The notes under the pieces were generated by a model. It was given only the letters and a program-made list of their open reading frames with translations. It was not told the DNA's origin and ran no database searches. Shown piece after piece: positions 13,029 through 23,245 of a stretch of DNA of 62,174 nt (position 1 is its first letter; every line of letters begins with the position of its first letter). The translations under genes were made by a program, and so were the position numbers. The stretch comes from Gekko japonicus (taxonomy: Eukaryota): NCBI RefSeq assembly GCF_001447785.1, contig NW_015172565.1:1079732-1141905 (forward strand). The letters run 5' to 3'.

Positions 13029-13870
13029 CTCAAAGCGAATAGTATGAAAGCCAAGATTCAGAAGACTAGTCATGACAGCCTGAGGGACGTAAGCCGGGCC
13101 GAGGGAGGGCGTCTACTCCGTGCCGGTTTGAGCGCCAGGAGAAAAACAACAGCCGGTGAACCTCCGGGTACGAAGCCAGAAGCCGAAGAACATCAGCCTC
13201 CACCAGGGTGCTGGTAGGCTGCCCCAACCCCCTTCCAGAATGTGGCCATAGTTAAGGATAAAATCATTATTAGCACTCCTCAATGTGAACCGCCCAGAGA
13301 CCCCTACGGGGGTTAGGGCGGTATGCCAAGTCAAATTATTAAATTAAATATTAAATTAATGTCTGGTTTACCATCAGCCAGAAATTAATGGGAGCACAAG
13401 CCAGACAAGATCATGGAGAATGATGAAACAAAGGTTCTTTGGTACTTCCGATTGCAAGCAGATAAACACCTGGAGCATAACACACCTGATATCACAATTG
13501 TAGAAAAATTGAGAAATAGGGCTTGGATAATTGACATTGCAATCCCAGGAGACAGCAGAATAGAAAAGAAAGAACAGGAGAAGATCACAAAAAACAAAAG
13601 CTACGAATAGTGTTAAAGTGCCTCTGGGAGAAGAAAGTTACCATTGTGTCAGTTCTCACTGGAGCCCTTGGAGCAGTGCTAAAAGTCTCTGCAAACACTT
13701 GGACATTCTGGGCATTGAGCTAATAACACCAGCTCAACTCCAGAAGACAGTGTTACTTGGAACAGCAAGAATCCTGCGAAGATACATCTGCAATTCCCAA
13801 GAACTTGGCTAGATCTTGAATTGTAGAACACCATCTACCAGTCAAATACTTGACTGTGACAATACTAACT

Positions 13871-16056
13871 AGCCATGCCTTTAATAAAGAAAAAACGGAA
13901 GTACTTAATTTAGGCTTAGGATTTGTATTCACTCCTACCTACCATGCGTTCCAGACAAGAATTGATATCTTTAAACTTGTAAGACTTATAAAATTGAAAA
14001 CTATGTTCGAAGGAGCGACCTTAACAGAGATAAATCCATTTAAAGTCAGGTCCCAATTTAATCCTACAATTTACGATCCGTCCATAGTAGTATTCGAACG
14101 CAGGGTATTGGAAGATATATCAATTCTGGAACAAAAAGGTCCAAACAGAAAATTTAATATGTCTAAAAAACAGTGGGATAGTCTCATAGAACTCACTAAC
14201 ATACAGGAGATTGTCATTAAAAATGTGGACAAAGGCGGGGCTATCGTTATCCAAGATAGGGAAAAATATCTAACAGAGGCCAATAGGCAGTTAGACAACA
14301 TGGATTGTTATAGAAAAATAGAATATGACCCGACCAATGAAGTCAGCAGAATTATATCAACCACTGTCAATGAGGGACTTTTGTATGATTACATTGATAT
14401 ACAAACAGCTCAGTACCTTTGTAAAAAATACTATAGAGTGCCAATTTTTTACGTGCTTCCTAAAATTCATAAACCCGGTGATCCCCCACCGGGCAGACCT
14501 ATAGTATCGGGGATAAACTCTCAACTAGAGCCCCTATCCAAATATGTTGACTCCTTTCTGAAACCAGCAGTGGTCAAATTAGAATCTTATATTAAGGACA
14601 CCCGCAGTTTTATCCAACTGGTGGAAAACAGAGAGATCCCCCGGGAGCAGTCCTTATGACTATGGACGTGGGAGCCCTATATACAAATATCCCTCATGAA
14701 GAGGCCAGATTGGCCCTGCTCACCACATTGGAAAAAAGGTCCTGCAAGATTCCCCCCACTCATTTTCTTATTGATTTGGTGGATATTATTTTTGAAAAAA
14801 GTTTTTTTCGTTTTGGGTTTGACTTTTACTTTCAAATTAAAGGGGTAGCCATGGGGAGTTCTTTTGCACCGAGTGTGGCTAATTTATTTATGGGTTTTTT
14901 TGAGGAACGGTGGATCACAGATAGGAATGTAAACCCTTTTTTCAACAATATTATTTTATATAAACGTTATATTGATGATTGTTTTTTGATTCTAGATGAT
15001 ATTAATGCAGTTGAACCTTTTTTCCAATGGGTTAATACTATACATACATCCATTAAATTTACCCATGAAGCCAGCCTCTTTGAGATTAATTATTTAGATA
15101 CCACAGTCTTTATTAGTGATGGCAAATTGGCTGTTCGTCCATTCCACAAAAAAACTGATAAAAACTCCATTTTACACTTTGAGTCGCACCACATCAGTCA
15201 TTTAAAATATAATTTACCATACAGTCAATTCCTTAGGATCAAACGAAATTCGACCTTAAAGGAAGACTTCAATAAGGAAGCAGACAGACTCACGGAACAG
15301 TTTCAAAATAGAGGATATCCGGATTGGGTTATTAGGAACGCCCGTTTTAGAGCGGAGCGCCGGGACCGAAAAGACCTGTTTCAAAGCAGTAATGAACATC
15401 CCCATGATGGTAGACTCAATTGGGCACTAGAATTTACAAGCAAGGCGTTTGACATCAAGACTATAATCATGAAACACTGGCATATTCTCAGTGACATTGC
15501 GGCATGTCAGTTACCTTTGAGAGTAGGCTTTAGAAGAACACAAAGCATCAGAGACAAGTTAGTTAGGGCTGATGCCTTTAAGATTCAGGAAGCCGGAGAA
15601 GACCCGATCGGACATTGCAGCTGCGGTAGATGTGCTGCGTGTCCATTAATGACGGAGATTGACACTTTGGAGTTTCCGGATATTAACTTTAAAGAACCCA
15701 TGCATCATTTCTCATCCTGCGCTACAAAATCGGTCGTCTACCTATTGACATGTGCCTGCAACCTGAGATATGTCGGGCAAACATCAAGAGCATTAAGGAC
15801 CCGTGTCCTGGAACATAAATCCAAAATTAAGCATAAACACCTCACTGCTTCTATGGTGCAGCATTTTGAGGAAACCAATCATGGCCCGAGTGATTTTAAA
15901 TGCCTCGTATTGGAAGTAGTAAAAAGTAAACCATTCACCAGTATGGATAAGAAAAAATTATTACTTCAAAGAGAGGCGTTCTGGACGTTCAAACTCCAGA
16001 CAGAACAACCCAGGGGCTTGAATGCCGCATTGGATTTATCATGCTTCTTAGGTTAA
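13871..16056 (+). pseudogene. PLE ORF2: reverse transcriptase + Cys/His linker + GIY-YIG endonuclease, one frameshift near 14640
   Basis: PLE motifs DKGGAIV, FYVLPKIHK, PGRPIVS, MDVGALYTNI, GVAMGSSFAP, RYIDD, YLD, linker CSCGRCAAC, and VVYLLTC..YVGQTSR.LRTR..EH. Adding one C to the C-run at 14638-14642 restores EIPPGAVLMTMDV and a continuous frame. Confidence 0.93.
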
Positions 16057-16612
16057 TAAGATCACTTTTTTGATTGTTAAAAGTACGTATATGATGAAAA
16101 TGTTTTGAGTCTTTCTGGGCGATTCTTGGATAATAAATAAATATCGACTAGACATATTGTATTGGATTAAGGAGCTTAGAGACTAATGGTCAGAAAAATG
16201 TTTAAGCACTTTGGATTTGTTGGTAAGGTGGCCTCTCAGCATCAAACATCATGTGATTTAGAGAGTAGGATATAAGGAACTTTTTTGCAGTCATGTATTA
16301 AGATTTACTATCCGGTAAGAATGTTGTGAATTAGTGAGAGCTGTTCTCAGCCGATATAGGTAAGAAAGAAATTAAAAAATAATTGTTTGTATTATATGGA
16401 GGGATTGAGGTTATGCTGTAACTATGCATGATAGTTTTTATAAATATTTTATTTCTGTCTTCAGAAAACTTACACTTATTGTTGGAAACATTGAAGTAAA
16501 GAATAACACTACAAACTGTATGTATACATATAATTGTACTTTAGTGAAAAAATTGTTAATCTGTAAATGTTGTATTTAATAATTCCTGTTAAAAAATCTA
16601 TCAATTTCTATT

Positions 16613-16678
16613 AGGATGGTTGAGAAAGACATCCAGTCGAAACGAACATCTGTAAACTCGAGAGAGTTCGTACTTTTG
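16613..16678 (+). ncRNA. Candidate type I hammerhead ribozyme (U3-A8 core variant) in the PLE
   Basis: Core TTGAGAA (16620-26) + A, stem II GAC-atcca-GTC, GAAA, stem III ACGAAC/GTTCGT, and cleavage triplet GUA (16670-72). Stem I is weak. Confidence 0.6.
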
Positions 16679-16884
16679 AATACTTGTGAATTAAACATCC
16701 TTGTCATCTTGGATTGGGCTTCTGTCTTCGGATGAAGTTCACCTATTGATACTAAGTAAAATCAACATAACTTATTTACGTGCCTTTAATAGCATGAACT
16801 TGTACAGTAATTTTTTCGTGTGTAATTGACTTTAATTACTGGGTCCATTTGTGTTATCTTGTTCATAAGTCTTAGATTGGGACC

Positions 16885-17599
16885 ATGTCATCATTAAATC
16901 AGAGATTTGCTTTCTCTGAAGAAGATAAGCAGAGAATTTTGGGGAATTGTTCAGGACTTAAGAGAGATAGCAGGAGTCCATCTGATTGGACCCAACTGGA
17001 CTTTCTTAACAAAAAAGAAATTCGGATGTCACTCCATGCGGCATCCCTTACTGAGTATTGTAAAGCTGACCTCATTCCACGGGGTCTTAGACTTCAAAAG
17101 GGACCCGCTATGTTTCTTAACAAGGAAGAGTTCAAAAGTAAATGGATAGCCATTCTTAATAAGTGTTCCTTTGATTTAATGTTACTAGTCATTGATGAGG
17201 CTTCTCGTGAGGCTACCACCATACAAGAAGAGATTAAAGAAGTGGAAGATAAACTCAAAAAATCGTTCAGCCAGGAAGAATTTGAAAACAGACTTAAGAC
17301 TTTAGAAGAGGATCTTAGAAATTGAACTTAAAAAATTAGACAGGGATCAGAGGGACTATACCCTTAACAGGGTCTACAAATGGTGCTCACCGAACGCCAA
17401 TGCTCCCATTAAAAGAGTATCTTGGGCCGATGCAAGGGACCCGATATCCGATATGGATACAACTGAAGCCGAAGATTCGGCAACAACTTCGGGTGAAGAA
17501 AGTTACAATAGGAGACCTTTTTTAGAAAGGAGAGCAAAAAACAGAAAGGAAGGGGGACCATCACAAGGATACAAACGAGGCAAGAAGAAGAACTGGTAG
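16885..17599 (+). pseudogene. PLE upstream ORF1 (helical/coiled-coil-like, acidic then basic C-terminus), disrupted near 17320
   Basis: MSSLNQRF...LHAASLTEYCKADLIPRGLR...WIAILNKCSFDLMLL. After an apparent deletion or frameshift near 17320 it continues as ELKKLDRDQRDYTLNRVYKW...RRPFLERRAK...KKKNW* (TAG at 17597-17599). Confidence 0.75.
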
Positions 17600-17699
17600 T
17601 TAATTTGTCTAGCCATGCCTTTAATAAAGAAAAAACGGAAGTACTTAATTTAGGCTTAGGATTTGTATTCACAATACTAACAACAACAATAACTTTGTC

Positions 17700-18370
17700 C
17701 CCATGCACAGTCTAAAAACACACTCACCAGACCTAACAATACTACCCAGACCATCTCAGGTTCATTCACTTGCTCATCTTCCAACATTACGTACTCCATC
17801 AAGTGTCAACAGTGCCCTTCTACTCTCTAACATCAGCACAAGCCAGTCCCTACGTGAAAGAACAAATGGAATAAATCTGACATTAAATATCACAGTACTC
17901 AGGAACCAGTGGGAGAACATTTTAATCTTCTAGGACATTCCATTTCTGACCTAAGAGTGGCAGTTCTTCTACAAAGTTCTAACACAGATTACAATCTGAG
18001 TTCGTGGAACTAGAATTCATTAACAAGTTCAGGACAATGGACTTCCCATGGCTGAACAGGGACACAGGATTCTTATTTCTTTACAGATGCTAATTTTCTG
18101 GACTTCCCACCTCTATGCATATCTTGTTGCCCTTATTCAGCTGCTTACATTATGCTTTATACCTCCACATCCTGACTCCATCTGGCTCTTCTTAGTAATA
18201 CAACAGTCACTTCTCCCACTGTCTGGATATAAGGATCGATGTATCTGACAAAGCGAGCTTTAACTCATGACTGCTTATACCCTGGAAAATTTTGTTGGTC
18301 TGTAAGGTGCTACTGGACTTGAATTTTGTTCTGGTACTACAGACTAACATGACTACTCGTGTAGTAACTA
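17700..18370 (+). mobile_element. Older, degenerate PLE 3' fragment (GIY-YIG remnant + tail with decayed hammerhead)
   Basis: Translates to TISGSFTCSSSNITYSIKCQQCP...SQSLRER...PVGEHFNLLGHSISDLRVAVL. The tail GTATCTGACAAAGCGAGC..CTCATGA..TAAGGTGCTAC..CAGACTAACATGACTAC is typical of sauropsid PLE ends. Confidence 0.75.
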
Positions 18371-19699
18371 TCCTGATAATAAGATAATAACAATAATTAA
18401 TAATAAAACATATTTCTTGAAGGCATACACGTTTATGCCAATTTCTGGAGGGCAGCAGTATGGGATGCTGTTGTCTTTATGCTCTGTTTGTGTGCTTTCT
18501 AGAAGCAATCTAGTTGGTTACTGTGGAAAACAGAATGCCAAAGTAGAGAGGATCTTGGAGCCAAAACTACACAATGCTGAGAGGTGCAAACCTAGAACTA
18601 CAGACTTAAAAAAAAATGCTGAGGACCTCTTCACAGAGCTGTTTTAGCTCTGGCCAGTAACACAGGGCCCAAGGATTACCCCTCCCCTCCTGTGCCAAGG
18701 TCTGGATCCAAACTGGGCTCCTGAGCTTGGTAGTTCTCAGTAGTTGATCAGTCAATTATACTCCAACAATTTAAGCACTACCCCATACAGGCTCTCAATT
18801 TGTGCATATGATTATAGTGCACCAACATTAACAGTACACTACAAATGCAGCTACCCATCACATGTGATATCTTAGTAAACGTGCACTGTGACAAGAAGAA
18901 TGGCTTTGTTGGAATCTGCCAGTTTTTCAGTCGTGGCACCCAACCAAAAGGGTACATTCTCGGCTAGCTTGGGGGGTGGGTGGGAATCCTGTTACTGTAT
19001 TCACTGGGATATCTTTACTGGTGAAATGACGAGATATCTCATCTTGCCTCTCAAGCCTATGCATATTTACTTTAAAATGTCCTACCATGTTCAATGGGGC
19101 TTTCACATAAGAGTGCATAGCATTGCAGCCTTATTGGCCAAACATCAATAAACTGGCATAACATTGGGATAGGCTTATGGTTCCGAAAAATGTATCTAAA
19201 GTTTGTTAATTTCTAGCAAACACCACTTTTAAAATTTCTCCCTACTGTTGCCAACTCTAGGTTGGGAAATTCCTGGAGAGTCAGGTGTGGGGCCCAGAGA
19301 AGGTGGAGTTTGGAAGGGGAAGGAACTCAGAGGGGATATGATGCCATACAGTCTGCACTCCGAAGGACCCACCTGGAGGTTGGCAACACTAAATGCCACT
19401 TCATTGTTTTCTTTCACGACCTGAGAAAATCCAAACCATTTAAAAATGCTATCACCTTCCACGTGATTTTTCAGACTAGTTTAAAGCTCACCAGAACTGA
19501 AGAACTCTTCTACACTCTAAATCTTGTTCACTGCTTCTGTGAATTGGCATTAACGAAAGTATTACATGACTTGATTTTTTCTGACGGTCCAACTCTGCTA
19601 GCTACATTTTTTTACTGTTTTATCTCCTGTCCTTTTCCCGCACAATATACGCTTACTTGCGGTCACTCAGCAGTCCCTACAAGCCACCTTCCGTGACTA

Positions 19700-19905
19700 T
19701 TGTCGTCAACTCATTTCGCAATTTTCTGCGGTTCTTCGGTGGCTTCACTCATACTACAAGTCCCAGTATCCTCCGCGAGAAGCAAGAGCAAGTTTTCTAA
19801 GGGTCTAGGGTGCCGTGACGAATGGAGTGGTTACTGTAGGCACTTGGACTACTACTCCCAGGGTACACCGAGTGGGGTCAAAGAGGAAGTCGAAGATGGC
19901 GGCCG
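19700..19905 (+). promoter_or_regulatory. DDX47 CpG-rich TATA-less housekeeping promoter
   Basis: Local CpG enrichment. ACTACAAGTCCCAG at 19753-19766 (ZNF143/THAP11-type motif), CTCCGCGAGA at 19771-19780 (CGCG/BANP-like), an ETS core GGAAGT at about 19885, and a YY1-type AAGATGGCGG overlapping the start codon. Confidence 0.75.
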
Positions 19906-19958
19906 ACATGGAGCATGAGGAACCGGCTAAGGAAACCGTGCAAACTTTCAAAGAATTG
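19896..19958 (+). CDS. DDX47: DEAD-box helicase DDX47 (Rrp3 orthologue) exon 1
   Basis: AAGATGGCG Kozak context; encodes MAADMEHEEPAKETVQTFKEL; donor GTGAGG at 19959. Confidence 0.92.
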
Positions 19959-21076
19959 GTGAGGGAGGAGTTGTTATGCCTCTCGGTTCCCGGCTCTTTT
20001 CTTTTTCAACCGCTTCTTTCCTTAGTGCTGTTTTTCTGGTAGCGGGCCTGTCCCATGGTTTGTCTCATTTCGCACACACGTGAATAGTCCGTCAGAATTC
20101 AGTATCTGTTCCTTGGAGCTATCAGTGTTCGTAATTTTAATTAATTATAGCATGATTTATAATATTATAGCGTGTAGATAGCCTTCCTTCTTCATTTTTG
20201 CTGAAGGTAAGTTTATACCACGTTACTGAGATGGAGTTTCTGATGCCAGCCCACCGTTGTTTTACAGTACAATTCAGTAACTGTGTGGTACTACTGGCAT
20301 ACCCATCCTGCTCTCTTATGTGGAGATAGATACTCCCCGGCTGTTTACTTCCTTACTTTCCCTCCTGGGAAAGTAAATGTGAAGATCATAGACACCTATT
20401 GTGTAGGAGAAACTAATGGTGTTCCTTGAATCCAGACATTTTGTAGCTGAGATTGCAATGATGTTGGACTTCGTTGTAAAGGGTACTGATGTGATTTGTA
20501 TATCCTGTTGAAACTAACTATATATTGTGCCATAGTTGTGGACAAAAGTAGGAAAGGTATGCAGATCCAGTGATTTCCTGCAAAGAAAGATTTTCAAAAT
20601 CTATTATATGTTTATCCTGTCTTTTTTCCTGAGGAATTCTGCTATGTAGTACTTTCATATTTTATTAAGAGTTGTAGCATGCAGGTCAAATCGAGAGAGA
20701 GAATGACTTGCACAAGGTCCCCAGTGCAGTTTATGATTGATTGGGGATCCGAACCCAGTTCATTTTGGTTAAAGTCCAGCGACCTCCCTCTATACTGCAC
20801 TGTCCTTCTTAACAGGGACATCGGTAGGAGCTACTTTTATGGTGTTATTTATTCATCCATTTAGGAAACTTGTATGTTGCCTCTGCAGAACCTGCTCAAA
20901 GAGGTTTAATTGATTTTATATGAAGCTAGTGTACTTTTTTAATCTCATAGTTTCGTGTTACCAAAGTTTGCAAATGGCATCTGATTCTCAGATGGGGGAG
21001 AAGAGTTTGTTGCAGGCCATACTGAATTGTCAAGCCTGTGCTGCTGATTGTTCCATTTCTTTCACTGGAATAACAG

Positions 21077-21170
21077 GGAGTGACAGATGTGTTGTGTGAG
21101 GCCTGTGATCAGCTGGGATGGAAGATACCAACAAAGATCCAAGTGGAGGCAGTTCCAGTTGCACTCCAAG
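21077..21170 (+). CDS. DDX47: DDX47 exon 2 (Q motif)
   Basis: Encodes [31 protein letters not shown]; 94 nt with AG/GT boundaries. Confidence 0.95.
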
Positions 21171-21779
21171 GTGAGGCTGATTTTGAGATAAAGAATTGAG
21201 GGAGAGGAAATTCTCTCAGAATTAAAATCAAAATCTGGATGTTCTGGCAATAGGCATTCTAGTGCTTTATGGACATGTTGCTTATTTATTTATTCTTCAA
21301 ATTTGTACCCCACCCTCCCAGTGTCTTCCTGCTCTGAACGGCTCAAGTTGCTTTGGAAGAAAGAGTTCAGTTCTGGTTAGAGCTTTTTCTAATATATTGG
21401 AAAAGGTGTGTTAAGAGCTGTTTGAGGAAAGATCAGTCTTGTCCATGCTATATAAAAAGACATTTGGTTAATATACAACAGTCTCTTTCTGAGCCAGCTG
21501 CTTTGCCAAGATCTGGCAGGAAGCGGTTTGTAAATGTGCATTCAGAAACCCTGGTTAATAAAAATGTTATTCAGAAACCTTAATAAAATGTATTCAAATA
21601 CGGGGGTAGAAGTGTTGACCTCTTGATTGTTTTGATAAATAGTATACTTTTAGACTTCTATAGATGAAGTGCGTCAAGAGGTCTCTCCTGTGAAATGTTA
21701 TTCACTTTTAAACAGTGTATTTCTAGATTCATTGTCAGGTTGTTCTGTACATAAACAATACAACTTATCCATAAATCTT

Positions 21780-22240
21780 TTGGCTTGAAAGATGTCCGCT
21801 TAGCCTCAACCAGGGCCAGGGCATTTCCTGCCTTAGCCCAGGCCTGGTGGAACATGCACCCCCTCAAGATCAGGGCTCTGTGGGATTTAATACAGTTCCG
21901 CAGGGCCTATAAAACGGAGCTGTTCTGCCAGGCCTTTGGTTGAGGCAGTGGATGCCTGAAGATTTTGGCCTCCCCTGCCTACACTGCCTGGGTTAACTGC
22001 CCTTTCTTAAAGATTACCATGACATCTGTTAAATGGGTCCTTGTTTTAGTCATCATATGCCCTGCACTTGTGGGAGGCATTTGTGGATGCCGGAAATTGA
22101 ATCTTTGCTATCTGTTGGGCTTTTGAGATTTTAACTCTGTATGAAGTGTATTTATTATCATATTGTATCTTAATTGTCGTGACCTGCCCTGAGCCTGCTT
22201 GCAGGGAGGGTGGGATATAAATCCAGTGATAAATACATAA
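21780..22240 (+). mobile_element. L2 3' end
   Basis: Similar to the 3' part of 44755-45530 (GGTGGAAC...GATCAGGGC...TTCCGCAGGGCCT; GCCCTGAGCC stem). Confidence 0.65.
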
Positions 22241-22538
22241 CGGATGTATCCAAAATACTTTTAAGATGACTTTTGCCCAAAGTCTACCTTGATTGAGCTG
22301 ATATCCAGGATGGAGATAGGGGGGCTAGAGGACTGATTAGAATAGGGTACTGTTCTTAGGTACCATATCATTATTTGAGGGATGTGTGTTTAAAGTTATC
22401 AGTAGTGCAGTTCCCCCCCCTATTCTGGTATTCTGTTTGTAACAGCTAGATTCCACCCAAGTGCTTGGAATGTGATCCATGTATGTCATATTGTTTTTTC
22501 TTTAGTGTCAAATGTGACAGAGGTTTTTTTCCTTGTAG

Positions 22539-22727
22539 GTCGAGATGTCATTGGCTTGGCAGAGACAGGTTCTGGAAAGACAGGGGCTTTTGCTTTGCCC
22601 ATCCTTCAAGCACTGCTAGAGACCCCTCAACGTTTCTTTGCTTTGGTACTTACACCCACCCGGGAACTTGCCTTTCAGATCTCGGAACAGTTTGAAGCTC
22701 TTGGATCTTCCATTGGTGTCCAGAGCA
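22539..22727 (+). CDS. DDX47: DDX47 exon 3 (Walker A, motif Ia)
   Basis: Encodes [18 protein letters not shown]...PTRELAFQI; 189 nt with AG/GTAAGT boundaries. Confidence 0.97.
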
Positions 22728-22967
22728 GTAAGTGGCCTTTGTGAGATTGCTTTTGTTAAGCAGAAGACATAATGATGTTTACAAGGAGCAGAGAAGAGAT
22801 GGAGCAATTGTGTGTGTGGGGGTGCAGAACAGCTTTTATCTTCTGCGAAGTAGGGGTCTCTACATGCCTCCATCTCTATGATTGTAAAAGTAACATTGAA
22901 AGTTTGTTGGCAGTTTTCTTTAAAAACCTAGAAACAGAAATTTCAGTGGGTAGATCTTTTGGTGGGT

Positions 22968-23245
22968 AGATCAGTTTGGTGTAGTGGTTAAGTGTGCGGA
23001 CTCTAACCTGGGAGAACTAGGTTTGATTCCCCACTCCTCCACTTGCACCTGCTGATGTGACCTTGGGTCAGTCACAAGCTCTGGCACAGCTGTCCTTGAA
23101 AAAGAGCAGTTTGTGTCAAAGTTCTCTCAGCCCCACCCACCTCACAGGGTGTCTGTTGTGGGGAGGGGAAGGGAAAGGAGTTTGTAAGCCACTCTGAGAC
23201 TCCCTTGGGTAGTGAAGGGCGGGGTATAAATCCAATCTCTTCTTT
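22968..23245 (+). mobile_element. tRNA-derived SINE (Squam3-like, L2 tail)
   Basis: Box A TGGTGTAGTGG, box B-like GGTTTGATTCCC, and an L2-like 3' end with a (TCT)n tail. Confidence 0.8.

Larger units (their letters stand above)
12286..13868 (+). mobile_element. R4/Dong-like (restriction-like endonuclease) non-LTR retrotransposon, 3' fragment, multiply interrupted
   Basis: NNWKQKHLHGQYLKDIENKVD..WKWFQNGFLKKE..GAQEQVLETN, and the RLE segment HNTPDITIVEK..WIIDIAIPGDSRIEKKEQEKITK. Flanked by TAA/CAA-rich microsatellite sequence. Confidence 0.75.
13869..17672 (+). mobile_element. Penelope-like retroelement (Neptune-type), circularly permuted, near-complete
   Basis: RT plus GIY-YIG ORF, then a non-coding segment, then ORF1 and the start of the RT ORF again. 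Identical 64-bp terminal direct repeat at 13869-13932 and 17609-17672. TSD ACAATACTAAC at 13859-13869 and 17671-17681. Confidence 0.92.

Noticed and set aside
14654-14659. TGA ending ORF 13850-14659 as a possible selenocysteine codon (as in Naiad PLEs) or a stop-restart ATGA overlap
   Set aside because: The downstream RT is in a different frame, and a single C insertion upstream restores a typical continuous RT. It is an ordinary frameshift lesion.
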